Shown here one piece after another: positions 30,814-39,338 of a stretch of DNA of 64,000 bases; position 1 is the first letter of the stretch, and each line of letters begins with the position of its first letter. The translations under genes and the position numbers were made by a program. Origin of the DNA: an uncultured Bacteroides sp. (GTDB lineage Bacteria; Bacteroidota; Bacteroidia; Bacteroidales; Bacteroidaceae); assembly GCF_949298305.1 (NCBI RefSeq), contig NZ_CASFWU010000006.1, positions 3,507 through 67,506 of the forward strand, read 5' to 3'. The notes below the pieces were generated by a model that searched no databases, had not been told where the DNA came from, and was given only the letters and a program-made list of their open reading frames with translations.

Positions 30814-33800
30814 TTATAATGTGAATTTGATACCCAAGTTATAACGTTTCACGGTAGGATAAGCACCTAAATAACCTGCACCGGAAAGGTTAGCTTCACG
30901 GTCGTCAGGCATACGAGTCCACAACCACAAATTGTTACCATTGAGGTAAATCTTCAAATTATCAATGCCCAACTTCTTTACCCAGCCTTTTGTCCAAGTA
31001 TAGGCCACCTCCACATTCTTCAAACGAATATAGGATCCGTCATACAAATATTGTGTACCGTCATAGTAAGTAGGTTTGGAGTTCCAACGAGGAACCACGA
31101 CATCCGCATTCGGTGTATTCTTCGACCACCATGTACCCGTATCGTACACCGTATTCAAATTACTTGCCAAGCTGGTAAGTCCCACGTCACGGGTTACATT
31201 AGTCACACCATAGAACTGTGCAAATGCGCTGAAGCCTTTCCATTCAAATCCCACCGTAGCATTGAACGTATTCTCAGGCGAACTCGTATAGCCCCAAGGA
31301 ACAGAGTCTTTACTGTCAATCACACCATCGCCGTTGTAATCCACAATATAGTAATCACCGACCAGCTTCTGCGAATCGCTGGAATCGTGAGCAGGACTAC
31401 CATATAACTGGTCGTAGTTCTGAATAAAACCTGCATCAATATAAGAATAATACTGATTCACGCTATGACCTGCAGCTTTCTGATAGGCAGGACGCAAAGC
31501 CTGATCATCCTTAACGAGAACCTTATTGCGCGCATGAGTCATATTGAAGTTACCCCAAAGACGCAAGCCATTAGCAAGTATTTTGTTCACACGCAATTCC
31601 AATTCATAACCGGTTGTACGGATTTTACCTTTATTAATAGAAGGAGGTGTTCCACCGAAATAGGAAGGCATTGAGCGATCAGGTCCAAAAACAAAAATAT
31701 TAGAACGTGTATCGCGGAAGAATTCCAAACTACCGGCCAACAATCCATCAAGGAACGAGTAATCGATACCAAGATTCAGTTTCTTCACCACTTCCCACTG
31801 GATATCTTCGTTTCCGATAGCAGATTCATACCACCATGTATAGATACTCTCGGCATGATTCAAGTCCAGACGAGTATGGCCACCGTATTTCCATGAATCC
31901 ATATACAACCAACGGCGAGATTCATCGAACGGATCACCCAATTGGTCTGAACCGATTTCACCGTATGAAGCACGTATCTTCATCATGTCAAGAATCCGTT
32001 TCTCACGTAAGAAACGCATAAACGGCTCTTCACTAATCATCCAGCCCACAGCACCGGAATTAAAGAATGCAAAACGGTTTTCAGGACTGAACTTCTCAGA
32101 GCCATTGTAAGCACCGTTATACTCAATAAAATAACGGTCTGCCCAGTTATAGGTTACACGGAAAGCCCAGTCTTCACGATAAGTAGGCATCACACTGCCT
32201 CGAGCATTCTCCTGCCGGCTGAACAATCCCATAGCAGATAAATTATGCTTACCGAAACTGCGTGCCCAACTTAACTGAGCCTGATAATAAAGATTGCGCA
32301 CTGTCTGCCCATTGTCTACAGAACCAGATTGTGTAGACCAGTTGACACCTTGAGTCCAATCAAATCCCTGATTGGTATCATACGAGTTCTTCCATACGAC
32401 CTGACCTGTTTCAGGATCAATCCATTTAGACTGAGAATCATTATACAAGTCGTTAATACCACGATTGTTTTCTACAAACTCGTTATCCCACGAAATAGTG
32501 GCACGCGCCATAAGACCTTTCGTAATAAATGATAAATCCTGCTCCAGTGTAAAGTCTGTATTAATACGGGTTGACGTAGTCTGCATTGTACCACCAATTG
32601 AAATATTCTGAACAGAATTAGTAGTATTAGACACTTTCGGATACATACCCCAGCTACCATCAGAATACTGTGGCAAAAACACATCGGGGGGAATATTATA
32701 AACACCCGACCATTGCTGACCTATCTGCCATTCACTATTGACCGAATTGCTCCAAGGAGCCTTACGAATGCCATTTGAACCAGCTAAATTAATCTTCAAT
32801 ACAGTAGTCTTTGTGATATTGAAGTCAAGGTTGCTTCGTACGTTTATACGATCGTAACCATATCCAGAATTGTAACCACGTCCGTTATCATAAACGCGGA
32901 AAAGGTCACCTTCATGCACATAATCAGCCGAAGCGAAATATTTAACAAACTTGGTTCCACCACTGATATTGATGTTAGCGTTGTAAGACATTGTGTTATC
33001 TTTGAACAAAGCCTTCTGCCAGTCTACATTCGGATAGCGTTCGCGCTGTTCCACAGTTGTCTGATTTCGATAATTCTCAATGAAAGCTTGAGGACGAATA
33101 TCAGCCCACGACTGAGGAGCCAATGCCAATTCATGTTCAATAGCCACATTACGAAACATCAAAGCATCGTAAGAATCATATTTATTAGGCAATTTAGAAG
33201 GAGATTTCAAAGTAGCATTAAAACCTACATCAATCTTGGCACTACCTTCGGTACCGCGTTTGGTGGTAATCAAGATAACACCGTTTGCACCTTTCACACC
33301 GTATACAGCCGTAGCCGATGCATCCTTCAATACTGAAATGGACTGAACGGAAGTAATGTCAACCGAACTCATCGGACGTTCGATACCATCAACCAACACC
33401 AACGGATCTTCATTATTGTTCCAAGAACTTGCACCACGGATAGTAATTTTCGGGTCTTCCTCGCCCGGCATACCTGTGCCCGTAGTAGTTACCACACCCG
33501 GAAGATTACCGGTCAAGGCTGCACCGATATCACTTACACCAGCCGCACGCTCCAAAACTTTACCTGTAGTCTGCGTGATAGCACCAACTACCGATGCTTT
33601 CTTCTGCTGGCCATAACCAACTACTACGACCTCCTGCAACTGCTGTGAATCATCTTCCAAAGTAACCTTAATCAATTTGTTGGAAGTTGCTTTCACTTCC
33701 TGCGACTTCATACCAACGAATGATATCACAAGAATCGTATTTTCACTGGGCACGGTCAACATAAAATTACCGTCTATATCTGAAATCGTACCTATTGATG

Positions 33801-33966
33801 TATTGCCCTTCACTACGACCGATGCCCCAATGACCGTTTCACCTGTGCTGTCGAAAACGGTTCCCCTGACTGTTATACTCTTTTGTGCCATTGCCGAAAA
33901 GCAACTGAATAGCATCAAAAGGAATAGGCAAGGAATTTTCTGAATTTTCTTTCTTACATTTTTCAT
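30814..33966 (-). CDS. susC: SusC/RagA TonB-dependent transporter (full length)
   Basis: VRGTVFDSTGETVIGASVVVKG, EVVVVGYGQQKK, LKDASATAVYGVKGANGVILITTKRG, YPTVKRYNLGIKFTL. Alternative start 33972. Confidence 0.96.
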   Translation of the reverse strand: MKNVRKKIQKIPCLFLLMLFSCFSAMAQKSITVRGTVFDSTGETVIGASVVVKGNTSIGTISDIDGNFMLTVPSENTILVISFVGMKSQEVKATSNKLIKVTLEDDSQQLQEVVVVGYGQQKKASVVGAITQTTGKVLERAAGVSDIGAALTGNLPGVVTTTGTGMPGEEDPKITIRGASSWNNNEDPLVLVDGIERPMSSVDITSVQSISVLKDASATAVYGVKGANGVILITTKRGTEGSAKIDVGFNATLKSPSKLPNKYDSYDALMFRNVAIEHELALAPQSWADIRPQAFIENYRNQTTVEQRERYPNVDWQKALFKDNTMSYNANINISGGTKFVKYFASADYVHEGDLFRVYDNGRGYNSGYGYDRINVRSNLDFNITKTTVLKINLAGSNGIRKAPWSNSVNSEWQIGQQWSGVYNIPPDVFLPQYSDGSWGMYPKVSNTTNSVQNISIGGTMQTTSTRINTDFTLEQDLSFITKGLMARATISWDNEFVENNRGINDLYNDSQSKWIDPETGQVVWKNSYDTNQGFDWTQGVNWSTQSGSVDNGQTVRNLYYQAQLSWARSFGKHNLSAMGLFSRQENARGSVMPTYREDWAFRVTYNWADRYFIEYNGAYNGSEKFSPENRFAFFNSGAVGWMISEEPFMRFLREKRILDMMKIRASYGEIGSDQLGDPFDESRRWLYMDSWKYGGHTRLDLNHAESIYTWWYESAIGNEDIQWEVVKKLNLGIDYSFLDGLLAGSLEFFRDTRSNIFVFGPDRSMPSYFGGTPPSINKGKIRTTGYELELRVNKILANGLRLWGNFNMTHARNKVLVKDDQALRPAYQKAAGHSVNQYYSYIDAGFIQNYDQLYGSPAHDSSDSQKLVGDYYIVDYNGDGVIDSKDSVPWGYTSSPENTFNATVGFEWKGFSAFAQFYGVTNVTRDVGLTSLASNLNTVYDTGTWWSKNTPNADVVVPRWNSKPTYYDGTQYLYDGSYIRLKNVEVAYTWTKGWVKKLGIDNLKIYLNGNNLWLWTRMPDDREANLSGAGYLGAYPTVKRYNLGIKFTL

Positions 33967-34181
33967 TACCATTAGTTTAAGATGTTAATTAAACATTTTC
34001 TCTTTTTTACAAACTGTCACAACGAAGAACAGTCCTAACCGTCGTCATACTTTTGTTTCATAATTATACAGTTATTTTGATTTAAAAAATATAATGTCAC
34101 TTGCGCCACAATCAGATGGAAGGAAGAAGCATCATTTTTCCGCCTTGTTTCTCCAGCATTAGACCAGGCCGCTTTTCATTG

Positions 34182-34288
34182 CAAAAGTATTGAAATATTT
34201 CATCTTATTAACAGGAATGTGATACATATTCTTTTGTTGGCATTACATCATTCTTTCGAATGTTACATAAACCTCTGCCCATGTTACA
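34182..34288 (-). promoter_or_regulatory. susC operon promoter with four HTCS-type half-sites
   Basis: -7 box TACTTTTG (34182-34189); TGATACA 34220, CATTACA 34241, TGTTACA 34261, TGTTACA 34282. Confidence 0.75.
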
Positions 34289-34957
34289 CAGGAGCATATA
34301 ATAAACTGATAATCAATATGCTAAAAATGCACAGAAAGTACATACAAAAGTTACATCAGCGGATAAAATCGCCCCTGGAACACACTAAAATTTCCACATT
34401 AAAATTCCAAAAACACTTCTAAAAAAAGTGTTGTAACGTAGCGAAAAAAAGATGTAACTCTAGAGTTAAAACACAAAATCAGGCATAATCGGCCTCAATC
34501 CAAAGCTCTGTCACCGGAAAAAGCATCGTTTACAGGCAAAAAATGAGTCGACACACGAAAAATGTGCAGCCCGATTTCACCAGGAGGTGTCATGTTTCAC
34601 CATACCACACTATATATCAGCAGATTCCGACAGAATGAAAGCGTGAAGGCATCGGAATAGGACTGTTTCTTTGTTTGGCAGTCGGCATCAACAGATATCT
34701 TTCACATAAATTTCAATTCTTCAGCCCAGCCCGAAGATGTAAACACGAGACGGAACTTACGGAAACTGCGAAAAAAAAATCGCCCATCGGGACGGGTACA
34801 TGAGAAAAGACGACAAAACGATGGATGCCAGATGTCCTTTTCACAAAGGCATCGGCTTGGCCACATCAGTTATTTTTTTAAACAACCTGCCAAACATACA
34901 TAAAAGAGAATAATCAAATCAAGGGCAGCGAACGCTTCCGTCACCCCGTATATTAAA

Positions 34958-35031
34958 TGCTTGCATCGTCCGCGGTGAATGCCTGCATCGTCCGCGGTGA
35001 ATGCTTGCACCGTCTGCGGTGAATGCTTGCA
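34958..35031. repeat. 22-bp tandem repeat (atgcttgcatcgtccgcggtga), about 3.5 units
   Basis: TGC(T/C)TGCA cores at 34958, 34980, 35002, 35024. Confidence 0.9.
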
Positions 35032-35181
35032 CTGCGTTAGTTAAGAAATGAACTTAGGCATACAAAAGGTGTGCTGGAAAAAGCTTTTTTCAAAGCTCTT
35101 TCCAGCCACATTATTTTCTCCAAGCAGAACCCTACCGGACAGACAGCCCGCGCAAGACGGGCATATCTTTTTGTTCCGCGC

Positions 35182-37635
35182 CTAGAGCTTTACCTGAATC
35201 TTCTTACCTTTATATGTCACTACCTTTTCTTTTCCGTCGACAGTCTTCACCGTGAACTGACGCGTCTGCAACATACCTTCATAGGCTCCCTTGCGGGCAC
35301 CGATGGTGAGTGTACGCTTGGCGTTGTTCCACGTCATCGGAATTTCCGTATAGGCACCCTTCTCGTAGTTGTAGTTGTCGAACTCGTCTTCATAGAGCGT
35401 GAAGCTACCGTCCGCACCGGGATAAACGCATACGGTCAGGTTATCCCAGGCTTTCTCGGTAGTATATTGTACATCGGGACCCACAGGCACTACGCTGCCG
35501 GCACGCACAAAGAGCGGAATGCGGTTGAAGGTTGTGGCCACGGTCGTTCTCTGTCCGCCGTCCAGCACCTCGTTGGTCCAATAGTTGTACCAGCTGGTTC
35601 CGGCAGGCAGGTAAACTTCCATCGTCTTACCTTGAGTAAAGTCAGCAGAAACGGCTCCGCCGGCAGTGGTCTTGCTGTCGCTTCCCCACCCTTCGTTCTC
35701 CTTCAGGTTCTTCTGCGCCAGTTCGGGCGTATATTGGGCACGCACGACAGGAGCCACCAGGAAGGCTTTACCGAACATGTATTCATCCGTCACGTCCCAA
35801 GCCTGCTTGTCGTCCACAAAATCCATAAACAGTGCACGCATGAAGGTAGACTGATTGTGAGATACATCCCACGAAGTGGAATAAATATAAGGAATCAGCG
35901 CGTAACGCAACTTAACGGCATCGACAAGCGCGTCGTAGACAGGTTCACCCGGCTTGCCATACCAGTAGAATTCGCGGGGTACATCGGTTCCGTGGCTGCG
36001 CATCATGGGGCAGAATGTACCGAACTGAAGCCAGCGTACATAAAGTTCCTGATACATCGGGTTCTTGGTAGCGCTGTTGTCCGCCCAACTCTTGTTATAG
36101 GAACCGGCAAAGAAACCGCCCAGGTCTGAGTTCCAGTGAGGCATGCCGGTAAGAGAATAGTTCAGTCCGGCCGTCACCTGCTTGCGGAACGAGTCCCAAG
36201 ACGACTGCACATCGCCCGACCATACGTTGGAAGCATAGCGCTGCTGTCCCAGGAAGCCCGAACGGGTCAGAATGATGACGCGCTTGTCACTGGTTTCGGC
36301 ACGCTGGTGGTCATAGACGCCGCCCACCGTCATGAGGGGAAAGGCATTGCGCACGCTACGATAGGAGCCCAAAGCCGTCTGACGGTCAAAGTCTTCCGGT
36401 CTGTGATTGAAGTGGTCGGGTTCGGTAGAATCCATCCACCAGCCGTCCATACCCAGTTGGAAGATTCCTTTGTTCAAATATTCCCAATAGATGTCGCGTG
36501 CCTTGGGGCTGTAGCAGTCGTACACACGCACACCGGAAGGATATTCCATGTTGGGCGGCCAGCCTTCCACACCCGACTGCGGCCAGGTTTCGATGTCGAA
36601 AAGCAGACCTTCCTTGTCTAAAGCGCGGTAGGGCTTCGTGGCCGGACCGAACGAGGACCAGATGGAAATCATCATGTGGGCATTCATGGCATGAATGTTG
36701 TCAATCATCTCCTTCGGACGGCTGAAAGTGGGGTTCTGGAAGTCCATGGCGTTCCACAGGTAGTTGTGCCCCCAATACTGCCAGTCCTGAATGATGCAGT
36801 CCAAAGGAATGCCCAGTTCGCGATACTTCTTCACGACACCTTCGGTTTCTTCCTGGCTCTTGTAACGTTCCTTGCTCTGCATGAATCCGTAGCTCCACAA
36901 CGGCATCATGGGCACTTCGCCTGTCAACGCACGAACCTCGGCAATGACACCGTCGGCCGAACCGCCGTACATGAAGTAGTAGTCGATGCAGTCGCCCACC
37001 TCAGAGCTGAAGGAAGTCTCCTTCTCGTTATCTGTATAAGTGGTAGCAGAATAGTTGTCCCAGAATACGCCATAGCCCTTGGTCGACTGGAAGATGGGCG
37101 ACACGTCTTCCACGTTGCCCTGTACCAGCACCTTGCTCATGTTGCGCTGCATCATCTGGCCGTTCTGCAGCTGTCCAAGTCCGTAAAGTCCCTCGTTCTT
37201 GTCTACATCAAAGCCCTGATAGACGGTGTAAGTAGCCCTTCCGGCATCATTGAACGGCGTAAAAGCCTTGTTGTTCTCCTGTTCCTTCAGCAACGGAGTG
37301 CCGTCGGCCTTGGCGTAAGAGATGACTCCCGTACGGGTATTGAGCGTTACGGTCAGCGAGCGGCTTTTCATCACTACTTCGCCCTCTCCCTGTTCGCTCA
37401 CTTTGATGCCGGGATTCTGAGGAGCTGCCACAACAGACAGGCTCTTTTTCTCTATAGCCTTGCCTTGCGGTGTTTTCAATACTCGGAGGCTGTTCGGGCC
37501 GTACCATTGCACCTCCACATCGGTCTTTTTGCCGGCAATGGTTGCCTTGATGCCCGTTGCCGTCTGCTGGTAGTCCTGCGCCCAGACTAAAGCCGAAAGC
37601 AGACAGCACGCTACAAATGCAATACTTTTCTTCAT
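35182..37635 (-). CDS. GH31 alpha-glycosidase (likely alpha-xylosidase)
   Basis: IIQDWQYW, GWWMDSTEP (nucleophile), VWSGDV (acid/base), WNSDLGGF, RSHG, YEDEFDNYNYEKG. ATG 37635, alternative GTG 37641. Confidence 0.9.
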   Translation of the reverse strand: MKKSIAFVACCLLSALVWAQDYQQTATGIKATIAGKKTDVEVQWYGPNSLRVLKTPQGKAIEKKSLSVVAAPQNPGIKVSEQGEGEVVMKSRSLTVTLNTRTGVISYAKADGTPLLKEQENNKAFTPFNDAGRATYTVYQGFDVDKNEGLYGLGQLQNGQMMQRNMSKVLVQGNVEDVSPIFQSTKGYGVFWDNYSATTYTDNEKETSFSSEVGDCIDYYFMYGGSADGVIAEVRALTGEVPMMPLWSYGFMQSKERYKSQEETEGVVKKYRELGIPLDCIIQDWQYWGHNYLWNAMDFQNPTFSRPKEMIDNIHAMNAHMMISIWSSFGPATKPYRALDKEGLLFDIETWPQSGVEGWPPNMEYPSGVRVYDCYSPKARDIYWEYLNKGIFQLGMDGWWMDSTEPDHFNHRPEDFDRQTALGSYRSVRNAFPLMTVGGVYDHQRAETSDKRVIILTRSGFLGQQRYASNVWSGDVQSSWDSFRKQVTAGLNYSLTGMPHWNSDLGGFFAGSYNKSWADNSATKNPMYQELYVRWLQFGTFCPMMRSHGTDVPREFYWYGKPGEPVYDALVDAVKLRYALIPYIYSTSWDVSHNQSTFMRALFMDFVDDKQAWDVTDEYMFGKAFLVAPVVRAQYTPELAQKNLKENEGWGSDSKTTAGGAVSADFTQGKTMEVYLPAGTSWYNYWTNEVLDGGQRTTVATTFNRIPLFVRAGSVVPVGPDVQYTTEKAWDNLTVCVYPGADGSFTLYEDEFDNYNYEKGAYTEIPMTWNNAKRTLTIGARKGAYEGMLQTRQFTVKTVDGKEKVVTYKGKKIQVKL

Positions 37636-37683
37636 CTTCACTGTCGATTATTTAATTTAAGTTTCGTTTTTACCGAAACTTGC

Positions 37684-37811
37684 AGGAGTTAGAGGAGTTA
37701 GAAGGAGTTATCGCCCGTCTTGGGCGGGCTTAGGAGTTAAAGGCCAATAGAAAAACAAACAGCTCACAATGTATCGGCTTAACTCCTTAACTTCTTAACC
37801 ACTTAACTACC
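37684..37811. repeat. Convergent AGGAGTTA / TTAACTCC short-period arrays
   Basis: aggagtta at 37684, 37693, 37703, 37732; ttaactcc-ttaacttc-ttaaccac-ttaactac from 37779. Confidence 0.75.
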
Positions 37812-37866
37812 AGAGAAATATTAAATCCAAAACATAAGTTATTTAATAGGATATACGGATTTGCTG

Positions 37867-39234
37867 TCACTTTTTGAATTCCCACCAATCCAGCATGAAC
37901 AGGTTGCGTTGCTGACGCTTGCCGCCTTTGAACACAAAGTAAAGGTCGTGAACGCCACCGACCTTCTGTACGGCTGTCTCAAACTCCTGAAGAGCGCTTT
38001 TGGTGTTGCCAATAGCGACGGTGCCGATGCAGGTTCCTTCGGCAGAATCCAGACGGATTTCCATAGTGCCGCCATAAAGATGGCAGGAAGCTGAAACCTT
38101 GAACGAAGAGGCGCCTTTGCCGAAATCCACTCCTTTCACCATTAGATATTCACCGTCGTCAATGTCCGTAACCAGTTGGTTCCAACGGTCCTTTGCCCAC
38201 TCGTTTTTAGGAGTGGTCTTCAGGCCATACCCCCACGCCATGGTTTCGGCTTCTACCTTGCGGTAAGGATTGAAATTTTCAATCTGCTCCAGCTTGCAAT
38301 CCTGAAAATAAGGAAGTTCCTTGATGGTTCCGTCGGCATTGTATTCCATCTCGGCAATGGATACCGAACGGCGTTCGGCATGACGGCTGGTTTCGAGACG
38401 GAAAATGTCATAGTTCAACCCAAAGCAATAGGACTTGCCTTTGTAGTCGATGATACCCGGATGATTGCCACGTGTACGGGGTGTATGGTCCATGATGTGT
38501 CCCTTGTGTACCCAGGGGCCGGTGGGGCTGTCGCTCATGGCATAACCGATGCCTTCAGGACAGCAGGTTGAAGCAAAGGCCAGATAGTAGTGACCGTTGC
38601 GTTTATAGAACCACGGTCCTTCCTGGTAGTCTTCAATATGCGGAGTCTTTACAATCTCGCCCGAATAGGAAATCATGTCTTCATTAAGCTTCACGTAGTA
38701 AAGGTTCGGATTACCCCAATACATATATGCCTGACCATCGTCGTCAATGAACACCGAAGGGTCTATGTCGTCCCAATGTTCCTTCTGCCACACCAGCGGC
38801 TTGCCTATCGGATCTTTGAAGGGGCCGTAAGGAGAGTCTGCTACCAGCACGCCGATGCCGTGTCCGTGAATGGGACAGTACATGTACCATTTACCGTTAC
38901 GTTCCACCACACATTCGGCCCACGCTCCGTTGTCGCCCTTATACCATTTGAAATCTTTCAGTGAAGCCACGGCTCCCCTGTCCTGCCAGTTCACCATATC
39001 TGTAGAGGTATAGAGTAGCCAATCCTTCATCAAGAAGCCCTCGGCATTATCCTCGTCGTGTGTAGTATAAAGGTAAACTGTATCGTTGAACACGAAAGGA
39101 GCCGGATCGGCCGTGTACTTGGTCTGTATGACGGGCATGTTCAGTTCCGGTTGTGCACTGCCCGTGTTCTGTGCAGACAACCCGCCGGACACCAGAAGCA
39201 ACATGCCGGCCATTCTTAATTTTACATTTTTCAT
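37867..39234 (-). CDS. GH43 (subfamily 29-like) + CBM6, second paralog
   Basis: PVIQTKYTADPAP, IDPSVFIDDDG, YQEGPW, GNHPG, NPYRKVEAET, LDWWEF. Confidence 0.9.
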   Translation of the reverse strand: MKNVKLRMAGMLLLVSGGLSAQNTGSAQPELNMPVIQTKYTADPAPFVFNDTVYLYTTHDEDNAEGFLMKDWLLYTSTDMVNWQDRGAVASLKDFKWYKGDNGAWAECVVERNGKWYMYCPIHGHGIGVLVADSPYGPFKDPIGKPLVWQKEHWDDIDPSVFIDDDGQAYMYWGNPNLYYVKLNEDMISYSGEIVKTPHIEDYQEGPWFYKRNGHYYLAFASTCCPEGIGYAMSDSPTGPWVHKGHIMDHTPRTRGNHPGIIDYKGKSYCFGLNYDIFRLETSRHAERRSVSIAEMEYNADGTIKELPYFQDCKLEQIENFNPYRKVEAETMAWGYGLKTTPKNEWAKDRWNQLVTDIDDGEYLMVKGVDFGKGASSFKVSASCHLYGGTMEIRLDSAEGTCIGTVAIGNTKSALQEFETAVQKVGGVHDLYFVFKGGKRQQRNLFMLDWWEFKK

Positions 39235-39260
39235 AATATCGCGTCTTTTAAATGGTGTTG

Positions 39261-39326
39261 CAAAAATAGGTCAGAGGTACCTGAGAACAGGCTAAAAATG
39301 TTGCAGGAAACAGCACTTTCGTTGAA
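39261..39326 (-). promoter_or_regulatory. Promoter of GH43-GH31 operon with degenerate direct repeat
   Basis: -7 box TATTTTTG (39261-39268); TGTTGCA 39299 and CGTTGAA 39320, 21 bp apart. Confidence 0.6.
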
Positions 39327-39338
39327 AAAGTGCCCTTT

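Noticed and set aside
34219-34422. 67-aa minus-strand ORF upstream of susC
   Set aside because: It overlaps the operator half-sites, lies upstream of the predicted -7 box and has no coding features.
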